This document shows positions 1 through 9,409 of a stretch of 64,000 bases of DNA, in pieces. Source of the DNA: a virus; the IMG/VR virus record IMGVR_UViG_3300008262_000008; one strand, 5' to 3'. The position numbers and the translations under genes were made by a program. Positions within the stretch are counted from its first letter, which is position 1; every line of letters begins with the position of its first letter. The notes below the pieces were generated by a model, which made no database searches, had not been told where the DNA came from, and saw nothing but the letters and a program-made list of their open reading frames with translations.

Positions 1-377
1 CATTTATTTACAATGTAAAAAAACACTGCTCGATCAAGAGCAGATACTGTTGGATCATTTACACCTACTTTAGCATGAGTAAAAAGTTCTCTTGCTTTAT
101 CTGGAGTATCATGAGCATACTTAGCATTAGAAAGAATGTCTCTCATATGACCACCATTTGCTTGTAACTGTTGCCAGAAATTTACAAGAGGTTCATATAA
201 ATCACTTACCCAAACATCAGCATCTGGGTTCTCTTTAGTAAATGCAATTGCTACACTACCACCACCAAGAAAAGGTTCTCGATATTCTAGAATACCTTTA
301 GGAAATTTCGGTACAAGATATTTTGTGGCACGAGACTTACCACCAGGATAACGTAAAGGTGTCTTAAGACTTTTCAT
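1..377 (-). CDS. dam: DNA adenine methyltransferase (Dam-like), 3' end outside window
   Basis: Translated by hand from ATG at 377: MKSLKTPLRYPGGKSRATKYL...EYREPFLGGGSVAIA...VSDLYEPLVNFW. It has the YPGGKS and EPFxGGGSV SAM-binding motifs of D12-class N6-adenine MTases. The start overlaps the gp44 stop (TAATG). Not in the ORF track because it is truncated. Confidence 0.9.
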   Translation of the reverse strand, partial: MKSLKTPLRYPGGKSRATKYLVPKFPKGILEYREPFLGGGSVAIAFTKENPDADVWVSDLYEPLVNFWQQLQANGGHMRDILSNAKYAHDTPDKARELFTHAKVGVNDPTVSALDRAVFFYIVNK

Positions 378-1312
378 TAGAAACACTCCACCATAATTTC
401 AGTTAAACAAGCAAGAGTATTAATCTCTTGGTCAGCAACAAATGCTGCTTGATATTGATATTTTGCAATCAAAAGAATTGCCTGGGCAATTGCAGGACCT
501 TCAAGATTACTATACAGTCCATCATAAATTGACCTGAAGATCATCGATGGTTCACTATCCAAATTGGCATTAACCCATTTGCGAACTTCACCAAATTTTT
601 TAGATTTCAGATCTTTCATTAAATCATCAACATTGGATGAATTTGCATTTAAAATGCCGACATCAATACTACCTGCTGCCGAATATCTTTGTAGTTCATT
701 TAGAACTCTACGCCAATCTGGAAAATATTTTTGAACAATATCAGCAACTACTTGTGCTTCATATTCAACATTTTCTTCAGAGAGGATTTGCCGTACTCGA
801 TTAAAGAACTGAGCAGCAAGATTTGATTTTTCTTTTCCTTTGATGGAGAAGTCAATAACTGAACATCGGGAATGGAGTGGTTCAATGATTTTGTTTTTGT
901 AATTTGCTGTGAAGATAAATCGACAGTTGTTAGCAAATTCCTCAATAGACGCACGTAGGAGGAGTTGTACGTCGTTTGTTGTGTTATCTGCCTCATCAAT
1001 AAGGATGACTTTGTGTTTAGCAGTTGATGTAAGCGAGCGGGTCGCAGCGAAGTTTTTCGCATTGTTTCGGACAGTATCGAGGAATCTACCCTCGTCGGAT
1101 CCATTGATGACATATAAATCTACTCCTAGTTCATTGCACAGTGCTTTTGCAACTGTAGTTTTTCCAATTCCTGCAGTTCCATGAAGCAGGAGGTTAGGGA
1201 TTTCACCTTTAGTTAGAAATCCCTGAAAGACTTCTTTGGTATCTTTAGGTAAGATACAATCCTCAATACTCTGAGGACGGTATTTTTCTACCCAAAGGAA
1301 TTTTTCACGCAT
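377..1312 (-). CDS. gp44: Clamp loader subunit (RFC-like AAA+ ATPase)
   Basis: LWVEKYRP N-terminus, Walker A GTAGIGKTT, Walker B ILIDEAD, SRC motif (LHSRCS); adjacent to gp45. Confidence 0.95.
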   Translation of the reverse strand: MREKFLWVEKYRPQSIEDCILPKDTKEVFQGFLTKGEIPNLLLHGTAGIGKTTVAKALCNELGVDLYVINGSDEGRFLDTVRNNAKNFAATRSLTSTAKHKVILIDEADNTTNDVQLLLRASIEEFANNCRFIFTANYKNKIIEPLHSRCSVIDFSIKGKEKSNLAAQFFNRVRQILSEENVEYEAQVVADIVQKYFPDWRRVLNELQRYSAAGSIDVGILNANSSNVDDLMKDLKSKKFGEVRKWVNANLDSEPSMIFRSIYDGLYSNLEGPAIAQAILLIAKYQYQAAFVADQEINTLACLTEIMVECF

Positions 1313-1340
1313 AACAAAACCTCATAATAAAATAAATGTA

Positions 1341-2024
1341 TCAGTCTTCGTTTGGTTCTAGTGCAATCCAATATCGAAGATTAGTTGGTTCAGATACAAC
1401 AGTAAACTGTGCTGCTGTTGCTGCTTCAGAAATTACCACTTCATAATCATAATCAGGAATGATTCTAAGGTTCTCTACTTTAAAACAGTGACAGAAAATT
1501 TCTGTAGTTTCTCCCAAAGGATAAGAATATACATTAGAAGTATTATTCTTTTTGTCTGTAACCAAAATATTAATTTCTTCTCCGTTACCGTTAATACAAA
1601 GATCTGTGACCTGATACACTCTTGCTGCATTTAAAATATTACGCAGCATTTGTTTAGTAAGCAAAAAGGAAATATCTTTACTAGGAAGAACTAGATCTTT
1701 ATCTGGAGGTGAAGTAATTACACTGGGATCTGCATAGTAAAAATGACTTTTTGCTTTTGATACTGCATCAATAACAACCAATTTTTCACTATTAGAAGTA
1801 TCAAATTCTGGTTGTTCAAACAAAGACAATCCACCAAGAAGTTGAGGTAGATCATAAATTGCAATTTGCTTATCAAACTGCTCATTAACATCGCACTTAG
1901 CAAAAATATTTTTATTTACGCTAAGCGTAGAAATAGTTTTTCCAGGATTAATGATAATAGAAGTGTTGATGCTGGCAAAGTTTTTAAGAATATTAATTGT
2001 CTGTTTAGAAACTGCAAATTTCAT
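1341..2024 (-). CDS. gp45: Sliding clamp
   Basis: TINILKNFASINTSIII N-terminus and YWIALEP C-terminus typical of T4 gp45; synteny with gp44. Confidence 0.92.
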   Translation of the reverse strand: MKFAVSKQTINILKNFASINTSIIINPGKTISTLSVNKNIFAKCDVNEQFDKQIAIYDLPQLLGGLSLFEQPEFDTSNSEKLVVIDAVSKAKSHFYYADPSVITSPPDKDLVLPSKDISFLLTKQMLRNILNAARVYQVTDLCINGNGEEINILVTDKKNNTSNVYSYPLGETTEIFCHCFKVENLRIIPDYDYEVVISEAATAAQFTVVSEPTNLRYWIALEPNED

Positions 2025-2335
2025 ACTGATTTAAACTCCTGAAGTCCATTGTTAGTGCGGGAATAGTGTTTGTCAAAGTGAAGTAGTAGCATAGCATAGT
2101 GAATAACTTTGAGCAGATCACGCTTGTTATGACCATCTTTATCACCATAACGAGATCCATATTTCAGGATATTTGCTTGACAGAAATCTGCTGCTAGTCC
2201 TTTTGCTGCCATAAGGTCAATAGTCTGAATATCTGAATATTCATCATCGTGCCCACAATAATGGCTGCCATAAGTGCTTACAACATAGTCTTCAACATCT
2301 TTAAGGATTTTATCCTCATTGTACTTCCATTGCAT
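2021..2335 (-). CDS. Conserved cyanophage hypothetical protein (DUF3310/SaV-like motif set)
   Basis: 104 aa; HY...IQTID...FCQANILKYGSRYGDKDG...DLLKVIHY resembles DUF3310-type small phage proteins; stop overlaps the gp45 start. Confidence 0.65.
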   Translation of the reverse strand: MQWKYNEDKILKDVEDYVVSTYGSHYCGHDDEYSDIQTIDLMAAKGLAADFCQANILKYGSRYGDKDGHNKRDLLKVIHYAMLLLHFDKHYSRTNNGLQEFKSV

Positions 2336-2353
2336 AATAAATAAATCTCCAGT

Positions 2354-2377
2354 AAAAAGGGGAGGAACGACCTCCCC
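2354..2377 (-). terminator. Rho-independent terminator downstream of the AAA ATPase
   Basis: Minus strand GGGGAGG-TCGTT-CCTCCCC followed by TTTTT, 10 nt after the stop at 2387. Confidence 0.8.
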
Positions 2378-2386
2378 GTTAGTATA

Positions 2387-3451
2387 TCAGAAAGGTGCTT
2401 GTTCGTCAACCGTAGTTTCAACCTTTTCATCCACCTTAGAATACAGATCCAAGAAAGATTGTTTGGTGTCAGCATCGAAACGGTTCACACACACTTCAAT
2501 TGCCTTATCACGTTTGCCAAAGATCTTGTATGCCTTGGCAATGTGAACCAAGCGGCGAGTGCTGATTACTTCATCCACGCCACCATCATAGAAGGTCTTA
2601 CGGATCACTTGTGCCCAGCGCACCAGTTTCTCAGCAAAGTCATCATCCTGACCGTCAAGTGCCTGAGAAACAATCTTCACCTCAGTCTTTTCTGCAGGAT
2701 AGTCTTGCTCAAACGTGATCGGGAAACGCTCAAGGAATGCTTCGTTCAGAACGTTGGTGCCGATGAAGCGACCATCATCAGAACCTTTGCCCTTGGTGTT
2801 AGCAGTAGCAACCACACTAAAACCGTCAGCAGGAATAACATACTTGCCAGTTTTCTTCAGATAAAGACCAGAACCCTCCAAAATGGACTGCAGACACAGG
2901 ATCTTATTAGAAGCAAGATCAACTTCATCAAGCAGCAGAACGGCGCCCCGTTGCATTGCCTCAATCACAGGACCATTATGCCAGACAGTCTCACCATTCA
3001 CTAGACGGAACCCGCCGATCAGATCATCCTCATCAGTCTCAATTGTGATGTTGACACGGATCAGTTCACGCTTCAGTTGAGCACATGCTTGCTCCACACC
3101 AAAAGTCTTACCGTTACCAGACAGACCAGTAATAAAGATAGGATAGAACTGCTTAGATTGAATAATCTTCTTCAGATCAGCAAAGTTCCCGAACGGGACA
3201 AAACTAGCATCCTTAGCAGGAACATAGGACTTAATTTCCCGAACGGGATCAACAGCAGGAGATGCAAAATTTTCTTCCAGTTTCTCTACTTCCAAGGTCC
3301 ATACTCCGCGTCCAGTTTTATAATTAGCAAGTTTCTTACTAAGAGTTTGATAGGTAGTGCCCATCTCAGCAGCATATTCCTGTAGTTGAGGGGCAGTGAC
3401 GGTATTGCCAAATCGTTGTTGCAGTTCAGAGATTTCCACAGTTTTGGTCAT
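2387..3451 (-). CDS. cobS: MoxR/CobS-like AAA+ ATPase (usually annotated cobS in cyanophages)
   Basis: Walker A GLSGNGKT, Walker B LLLDEVD, TANTKGKG, NEAFLERF. The start is placed at ATG 3451 (MTKTVEIS) because the ORF-track start at 3496 lies inside a sigma70 promoter, and GGAG precedes 3451. Confidence 0.88.
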   Translation of the reverse strand: MTKTVEISELQQRFGNTVTAPQLQEYAAEMGTTYQTLSKKLANYKTGRGVWTLEVEKLEENFASPAVDPVREIKSYVPAKDASFVPFGNFADLKKIIQSKQFYPIFITGLSGNGKTFGVEQACAQLKRELIRVNITIETDEDDLIGGFRLVNGETVWHNGPVIEAMQRGAVLLLDEVDLASNKILCLQSILEGSGLYLKKTGKYVIPADGFSVVATANTKGKGSDDGRFIGTNVLNEAFLERFPITFEQDYPAEKTEVKIVSQALDGQDDDFAEKLVRWAQVIRKTFYDGGVDEVISTRRLVHIAKAYKIFGKRDKAIEVCVNRFDADTKQSFLDLYSKVDEKVETTVDEQAPF

Positions 3452-3484
3452 GATGAAGGGGTTGCTCCCGTCGATTACCTTAGT

Positions 3485-3513
3485 AGTATAGGGCATCGGC
3501 GGTCAGGGGTCAA
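3485..3513 (-). promoter_or_regulatory. Sigma70-type (early) promoter for the AAA ATPase
   Basis: Minus strand TTGACC-17 nt-TATACT. Confidence 0.75.
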
Positions 3514-5651
3514 GCCACCTGACCCACGAACTTCGATAAGATTGTCTTATTGATCATCTTGCCAGTCATATGTTTTTTAAATGCGGTGGCAAGTTGTCCC
3601 TTAGTTGCATTTTCTTTTACTTGAATTTCATTAGTATTTTCTTCCTGTTTAGGATTCCAATAACGATAAGGATTATAGTTACTCTTAGGAAGTTGCATCA
3701 GATAAAGTTCATCAAATCCAGTACCTTTAATTGCAACTGACTTATTCTTCTCCCACTCTTTATTAAGATTTGCAGCATCCATAAAATCCATTCCAGCACA
3801 ACTTGCCTGCAAACGAATTTCAGATTTACTGCAAAGACGGAAACCTAGAAGATTAGCATCAACGATATTAGAAATATATTCTACAAAAGCATTGGTGATA
3901 CCTTTTTCAAAATTAACTTGTCGTTGATAACGAGAATTAGGATCACGGACCACGCAAACACGATCACCATACATCGGTTGAGAATGAATTTTGGTCATAG
4001 CAGCGATGTATTTGTTATACATCGGGTAGCAAGCTTCACCATCAGAAAGATAAACAACATTCACTTTCTGAACTTTCTCTTCACTTTTAAATTTATTAAT
4101 AACCTGAGGAGTTGTAATAATGGTTTCTACCAAAGGAGTGCCAGATAGAGAATAATCAATATTATAAGAACCGTTAGAATTATAAAAACTATCACAGTTA
4201 TAGTACATATATTCCATCATCTTATCAAGAGTTTGAGAATTCATCTTGGAAGAAAAGAACTCAAGCAAACGAAACGACTTGTCAATATGTACATCATTTA
4301 GTTTAAGTTTGGCAGGAATACCAGGGAAAAGATGATCATTATGACATGAATCGGAGAACGCATAGACACGGAAAGGAATGCCAACCTTCTTACAGAACCA
4401 GATCAAATCATACAGTTGCTTAATGGTAGGAACCATAGTATTAGACATAGAACCAGACCAATCAAGATAGAACACTAGACCATGGTTTTTACCATCAGGA
4501 ATAGTAGTAACTTTCTTAAAGAGATCCTCATTCCACTTGAAGGTATGAAGTTTCTGCGTATCAAGAACTCCAGTGTTGGAAGTGTTAGCACGATGATATT
4601 GATCAGCAGCTTTCTTGCACTCAAACTCTTTTGCAAGATAATTAACAGTCTTGATACTCTCTTTTTTATAAGTACGATAGTTCTCTACAGACCGTGAATA
4701 TGGATCTGGATTCACAATCTTTTGATTGTTTGTCCAATATTCAAAATCACTATAAGTTTTTTTGAAAGGCACAATCATCTTGTCCAAATTAACAGTTGGA
4801 ATAGATGCATAGATATATTCTTTAGCATTCTTGTCCACAAGATCCTGTCGATTATCATCCATAGCGCGTTGAGTTTCAGAAGTGAATTCATCAACGGTTT
4901 CGTTCTTACCAGCACCATTATTGGAACCACCCATTTCTGGAGTAGAATCACCCCCTTCTTGAGTAGTTTCTACCTGTGAACCAGAACCCTCAACTTCACT
5001 ATTAGAAGGACCAGATTGTTGTTGCTCAACTTGATCTCCACCACCAGCAGAAGACTGGGGAGGATTAGGCATATCAACTTTCATCTTTTCTTCTTTCTTT
5101 CGATTGAGATAATCCATCAGATCCATTCCAAGATCGACAACATCATCAAAAGTTTCAGTCTCAGCAGTACGATTAATCCACTGCATTTCTTCACGTTCAA
5201 AAGGAACGATGGTGCGATTACCAAACACACCACATTTAAAATGAACGTTGATGCGATCGATCAGAGACAACTTGCTAAGATCTTTACCTTGGATCTCAAA
5301 AAAGTTCTTCTCATCCAGTTCAGAATATCCACGGTAAAAAGATTTTGCCAGACCAGGATAACGTCGCTTCATGAGTTTTTCAACCCGAACATCCTCCAGC
5401 ACGTTCAGAATGTCCTGTGGGACCGCCTGAGTAGCAGAGGTATAGTCTATAGGGGTATAGAGGGCATGACCGACTTCATGCCCCACCAGCATGTCGTATA
5501 CGTCCGCAGAAACGTCCTTCCAGATCGGCAGGCAAAGGATACGGTTCAGCACGTCGAAATATGCAGTCTCCACATTGCGATGCTCCACATTCAGGTTCTC
5601 AGTGGCAAGCAGTTTGGCAAGGGTTCCTTTAACTTCGGTGTTGACGGTCAT
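3510..5651 (-). CDS. Metallopeptidase-motif / vWA-domain protein (CobT-like partner of the AAA ATPase)
   Basis: N-terminal HEVGHALYT (HExxH) plus NVLEDVRVE; low-complexity linker; MIDAS-like LDWSGSMS, LSGTPL and YLSDGE in the C-terminal half. Confidence 0.85.
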   Translation of the reverse strand: MTVNTEVKGTLAKLLATENLNVEHRNVETAYFDVLNRILCLPIWKDVSADVYDMLVGHEVGHALYTPIDYTSATQAVPQDILNVLEDVRVEKLMKRRYPGLAKSFYRGYSELDEKNFFEIQGKDLSKLSLIDRINVHFKCGVFGNRTIVPFEREEMQWINRTAETETFDDVVDLGMDLMDYLNRKKEEKMKVDMPNPPQSSAGGGDQVEQQQSGPSNSEVEGSGSQVETTQEGGDSTPEMGGSNNGAGKNETVDEFTSETQRAMDDNRQDLVDKNAKEYIYASIPTVNLDKMIVPFKKTYSDFEYWTNNQKIVNPDPYSRSVENYRTYKKESIKTVNYLAKEFECKKAADQYHRANTSNTGVLDTQKLHTFKWNEDLFKKVTTIPDGKNHGLVFYLDWSGSMSNTMVPTIKQLYDLIWFCKKVGIPFRVYAFSDSCHNDHLFPGIPAKLKLNDVHIDKSFRLLEFFSSKMNSQTLDKMMEYMYYNCDSFYNSNGSYNIDYSLSGTPLVETIITTPQVINKFKSEEKVQKVNVVYLSDGEACYPMYNKYIAAMTKIHSQPMYGDRVCVVRDPNSRYQRQVNFEKGITNAFVEYISNIVDANLLGFRLCSKSEIRLQASCAGMDFMDAANLNKEWEKNKSVAIKGTGFDELYLMQLPKSNYNPYRYWNPKQEENTNEIQVKENATKGQLATAFKKHMTGKMINKTILSKFVGQVA

Positions 5652-5675
5652 ACGGTCCTCGTTTGGTATGTACCT

Positions 5676-5704
5676 AATATAGAGTATCAGGATCCATGGG
5701 TCAA
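5676..5704 (-). promoter_or_regulatory. Sigma70-type (early) promoter for the peptidase/vWA gene
   Basis: Minus strand TTGACC-17 nt-TATATT; GAGG Shine-Dalgarno before ATG 5651. Confidence 0.75.
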
Positions 5705-5733
5705 GGGGTTGACCGATAAAAATTACTTATCAA

Positions 5734-5806
5734 TGGAGAATAGCGGACTCGAACCGCTGACATCCTGCTTGCAAAGCAGGCGCTCTACCAACTGAGCTAA
5801 TTCCCC
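5734..5806 (-). tRNA. trnA-TGC: tRNA-Ala (anticodon TGC), CCA not encoded
   Basis: GGGGAATTAGCTCAGTTGGTAGAGCGCCTGCTTTGCAAGCAGGATGTCAGCGGTTCGAGTCCGCTATTCTCCA. Cloverleaf with anticodon stem CCTGC/GCAGG, TTCGA T-loop, G3:U70 alanine identity pair and A73. Confidence 0.97.
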
Positions 5807-5815
5807 AAGAAACCT

Positions 5816-5844
5816 AGAATACACTAGGTATTTAGTTTTGTCAA
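5816..5844 (-). promoter_or_regulatory. Sigma70-type promoter for tRNA-Ala
   Basis: Minus strand TTGACA-17 nt-TATTCT, ending 9 nt upstream of the tRNA 5' end. Confidence 0.75.
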
Positions 5845-7568
5845 GATTTCAAAGTTTCATCAACAATTTTACTAAAATCTTGAACCTTATCAAATTTAAT
5901 GTTGTTTACAAATCTATCTGTTAGAATTTCTCCTTTATGAGAAATAACAAATACATTAGTAGAACTGTCTAAATTTTTAAGAATTTTAAGTAGATCTTCA
6001 GTACCATTGGTGTCCAAAGAACTATCAAAAACTTCATCTAATATAAGAAGATTAGTAGAAACACTATTCTTCATTCTAGCAATCTCTCTCCAACAGAATA
6101 GAATTGATAGGTCAATCTTTTGTTTTTCACCCTCAGAAAAAGAAGAATAACTAAAAGCATCCCTATAACGAGATTTAATTATTTCATTAAACTCTTCATC
6201 AAGAGTAAAGTTGGCATAGAAGTCCATGCTTGCCAAATATTTATTGATTAATTTATTAAAGATTGGAACATATTTTTTAATAATCTGCGACTTAATTCCA
6301 CTATCTTTTAATAGGTTAGAAATAACTTCATAGATATTTTTTTGTCTGGAAACTTCAGAACAACGTTTTTCAGTTTGAAAGTATTCTTCTTGATAAACTT
6401 CCAATTTACCTTGCATCTTAGCAATATCAGGAGATGCAGAAAGACGATTGATTTCCTCTTTCAAACTAGAAATTGAATTTTCATTTCTATTGATAATGTT
6501 AGAAAGATGAAAAACCTTTGATGTGTTTGACTTCATAACATCTCTACGTTCTTGAAGAATGGTAAATTTACCATCAAGATCTTCAATCTGCTGACTCATC
6601 TTGCCGAGAGCATCAATGTATTGTAGAGTTTTACCACGAAGATCGGAAATTTTCCGATCTTTGAATTCTTTTTCGATAGTTTGAGTACACGTTGGACATG
6701 TATCATTATCATGAAAAAAGTCTAGATTTTTTTCTGCATCGTTTTTATTGTGAGTGATTTTAAAATGCAGTTCATTAATTTTCTTAATCTGTTTCTTTAG
6801 ATCATCGATCTCTGATGTATGAGCATCAATGTCAAGACTTTCTGCTTCAAGCATATTGATTTGCTTTTGAAGATCAAAGATTTCCTCTTCAATCTTAGCA
6901 ATCTCTTTCTCTTTAGTGAGAATTACATCCCCATTCGCTGTTTGCGAATTGCGAATGTACTCTTCCTGCATCTTAACCTTCTCTTCTGCAGACTTGAGTT
7001 CATAGGTACAATCTCTTTGTTGTTCCTGGGTCAAACGAAGACGTTCTTTTAAAAGAATATTCATTGTAGAAAAGATTTGAATATCCAGAATATCTTCAAT
7101 AACTTCCCGACGATATGCAGGAGTTAGTTGCATGAAAGGTACAAAAGTAGAAGATCCAAGAATTACAACTTGAGTAAAACTCTTAAAGTTCATTTTCAGA
7201 ACATTCTGCTCTAACCATTTTTGTTGATCAAGTGTTGCTGCATCTTGATCCAAAAGGACACCATCTTTATAGATATTAAATTTTGCTGGTTTAATACCTC
7301 TAACAACTTTCCATTTTAGTGTTCCAATACCAAACTCAATTTCAACTATGCAATCTTTTTCATTAATTGAATTTACAAGTTGGGGTTTATTAATTTTACG
7401 AAATGGTTTATTAAACAACCCAAAACAAATTGCATCAAGGATAGTGCTTTTACCTGCACCATTTGAACCTTGAATTAGAGTTGAAGAATTTGTATTAAGT
7501 TCAATTTCAGTGAATTGATTTCCAGTTGAAAGGAAATTTTTCCATCTAATCTTTTCAAAAATAATCAT
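5841..7568 (-). CDS. gp46: Recombination endonuclease ATPase subunit (SbcC/Rad50-like)
   Basis: WKNFLSTGN, Walker A GSNGAGKST, central CPTC zinc hook in coiled coil, FSEGEK signature, LILDEVFD. Confidence 0.95.
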   Translation of the reverse strand: MIIFEKIRWKNFLSTGNQFTEIELNTNSSTLIQGSNGAGKSTILDAICFGLFNKPFRKINKPQLVNSINEKDCIVEIEFGIGTLKWKVVRGIKPAKFNIYKDGVLLDQDAATLDQQKWLEQNVLKMNFKSFTQVVILGSSTFVPFMQLTPAYRREVIEDILDIQIFSTMNILLKERLRLTQEQQRDCTYELKSAEEKVKMQEEYIRNSQTANGDVILTKEKEIAKIEEEIFDLQKQINMLEAESLDIDAHTSEIDDLKKQIKKINELHFKITHNKNDAEKNLDFFHDNDTCPTCTQTIEKEFKDRKISDLRGKTLQYIDALGKMSQQIEDLDGKFTILQERRDVMKSNTSKVFHLSNIINRNENSISSLKEEINRLSASPDIAKMQGKLEVYQEEYFQTEKRCSEVSRQKNIYEVISNLLKDSGIKSQIIKKYVPIFNKLINKYLASMDFYANFTLDEEFNEIIKSRYRDAFSYSSFSEGEKQKIDLSILFCWREIARMKNSVSTNLLILDEVFDSSLDTNGTEDLLKILKNLDSSTNVFVISHKGEILTDRFVNNIKFDKVQDFSKIVDETLKS

Positions 7569-7816
7569 CGGGGTGGCACTACAAAATCATTAGGTTCAAT
7601 AATGCAATATTTGTAACCAAATATATTGCAATTGTCAATAACAGCATTTTCATCTACTTCGGTAACTTCTAGAGGTTCACGATAGTCATCTGCTAATAGC
7701 AATCCATGATATCTTACTGCGTCATCTTTGTCAACAAACATTTGAACAGTTTTGATGCGATCTTTATTTTCGATCGCATAAACTCCTCCAGATTTTTTAG
7801 AAGTAAGAATATACAT
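7565..7816 (-). CDS. DUF3110-like small protein
   Basis: 83 aa between gp47 and gp46; VQMFVDKDDAVRYHGLLLADDY...EVDENAVIDNC resembles cyanobacterial DUF3110 proteins (recalled, not searched). Confidence 0.6.
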   Translation of the reverse strand: MYILTSKKSGGVYAIENKDRIKTVQMFVDKDDAVRYHGLLLADDYREPLEVTEVDENAVIDNCNIFGYKYCIIEPNDFVVPPR

Positions 7817-8865
7817 TAGACCTCCAATGCTTCAGTGTAAAGACTTTTTATTGCAGTCTTAACAAGATCTCTATCAACAGAATATTCAAAATTATCTATG
7901 TAATTTTCCAATAGAGTGATTGTATCTTCGGTCTGAAAATCTTCTTCACTTCCTTCAAATTCGACAGAAAGATCTTCAATAATTTTAACTTCTGCTGGAT
8001 TTGAATTATATACCATATTGATATACCGATCAAAAATTAATTGATCATTTTTACTTTCAACAAAAACTTTAACATATCTGTTTTCTAGATGTGAAAAATC
8101 TATTTCTGATGTGTAACAATTTTTAATATCATTATAATAAATCTTCTCAAACATCGTAAAAGGATTTCTATAAAATTTTAAACTCAAATCATCAGTATCC
8201 AAAACATGAAATCCCCTTTTGGATTGATAATCATTCCAATAAAGTTCGTAAGGGTTGCCAAGATAATACACATTACCCTTATTTGATTTACTATGAAAAT
8301 GACCTGAAAGAACCTTATCAAATTTCCTAAATGGATCTGTGGATATCCCATGATCCATTACAATTCCAGGCACAGTCTCAAAACCATTAAACTCAAGATG
8401 GCCCACACAGAGAGATGCGTTAGATTTTTCCAAAAGTTCGTAAACTCTGGATCGATTGTCATCACATATCCAAGGGATGCCAAGTACAGGCAAAGAACCA
8501 AGAAGGAATTCACCAGGGCCATCCATAATCTGAATGTTGCCATACTCTCCCAGGAGGAGAGATGGGGCATTAATTCTAAGAGTGTTTTTATAGTAGATGT
8601 CATGGTTTCCTACCAGCATGGTCATCGAGACACCCATATCTTGCAAAGGATTGAACCACATTTCTTTTGCCGCATCCAAAGAATTGAAGTTTACAGATTT
8701 ACGGCGGTCAAATGTATCACCCAAGCAAAGTACATGTTTAATTTTTGAGGCTTTAATAAAGGGTAATGCAATTTCAGTATAAAATTTTTTATAATACTCT
8801 ACATAAGTTTGCGAATCATTTCTCACTCCAAAATGTTGATCAGTAATAACAAAGACTTTACTCAT
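7816..8865 (-). CDS. gp47: Recombination endonuclease nuclease subunit (Mre11/SbcD-like)
   Basis: Phosphoesterase motifs ITDQHFG, LGDTFD, VGNHD, SGHFH. Confidence 0.95.
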   Translation of the reverse strand: MSKVFVITDQHFGVRNDSQTYVEYYKKFYTEIALPFIKASKIKHVLCLGDTFDRRKSVNFNSLDAAKEMWFNPLQDMGVSMTMLVGNHDIYYKNTLRINAPSLLLGEYGNIQIMDGPGEFLLGSLPVLGIPWICDDNRSRVYELLEKSNASLCVGHLEFNGFETVPGIVMDHGISTDPFRKFDKVLSGHFHSKSNKGNVYYLGNPYELYWNDYQSKRGFHVLDTDDLSLKFYRNPFTMFEKIYYNDIKNCYTSEIDFSHLENRYVKVFVESKNDQLIFDRYINMVYNSNPAEVKIIEDLSVEFEGSEEDFQTEDTITLLENYIDNFEYSVDRDLVKTAIKSLYTEALEV

Positions 8866-9332
8866 TAACCGTACCTACTGCTAGTTTCAACTTTAGATTT
8901 TATTTGTGAATAATTTGCATAATTTTCCACATCACCTGTAAATATTTGTTCAAAACCTGTCTTTTCAATTAATTTTTCCTTGATATCCATCTGACGTTTT
9001 TCTTTTGCAATCCTTCTTAGGAAGGCATAGTAAACAATCTGAGTAAAATATGCAAATGGATTTTTAGATTTTTCAGGATCAAAATTATCAATGTACTGAA
9101 TACAATTTTCAATCCCATCACATACCATATCATCTTTATACATGTAATTAATAAAGTTTGGTCGATACGATAGATGAGTTGCAATCTTAAGAAAACACTC
9201 ACCGAGATAGTTTGATACTCTTGGTTTTGTTAATCCTTTTTCTTTTGCAATAGCAACTTTATTCCTATAGACAATGATAGCCTCAAGAAAATCTTGATTA
9301 TTAATATAATGTTGTTTTTTCTTTTCGTTCAT
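8865..9332 (-). CDS. gp55: Late-transcription sigma factor
   Basis: HYINNQDFL, YLGECFLKIATHLSYRPNFINY, NPFAYFTQIVYYAFLRRI: hallmark gp55 motifs. Confidence 0.95.
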   Translation of the reverse strand: MNEKKKQHYINNQDFLEAIIVYRNKVAIAKEKGLTKPRVSNYLGECFLKIATHLSYRPNFINYMYKDDMVCDGIENCIQYIDNFDPEKSKNPFAYFTQIVYYAFLRRIAKEKRQMDIKEKLIEKTGFEQIFTGDVENYANYSQIKSKVETSSRYG

Positions 9333-9356
9333 TGCTTTGGATTATCTTTGTTTACT

Positions 9357-9384
9357 AGTATACCGCAAAATAAAAATTTGTCAA
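9357..9384 (-). promoter_or_regulatory. Sigma70-type promoter upstream of gp55
   Basis: Minus strand TTGACA-16 nt-TATACT. Confidence 0.7.
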
Positions 9385-9409
9385 GTCCCAAACACAAAAC
9401 GATGGGAGC

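Noticed and set aside
2387-3451. cobS as a cobalamin-biosynthesis auxiliary metabolic gene
   Set aside because: Only generic MoxR-type AAA motifs are visible, and no other cobalamin genes are in the window.
3452-3496. N-terminal extension MPYTTKVIDGSNPFI of the AAA ATPase
   Set aside because: It overlaps the -10/spacer of a good sigma70 promoter; the ATG at 3451 has a GGAG upstream.
2387-5650. Higher GC in the ATPase/peptidase genes as a recent horizontal transfer
   Set aside because: There are no boundary features or mobility genes, and highly expressed genes such as gp23 show a similar GC rise; codon adaptation is the simpler explanation.
2399-5795. Long plus-strand ORFs (e.g. 2399..3004, 5016..5795) and the other antisense or alternate-frame ORFs in the track
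   Set aside because: They are shadows of well-supported minus-strand genes (5016..5795 also runs through the tRNA), have no recognisable motifs and are expected from codon bias.
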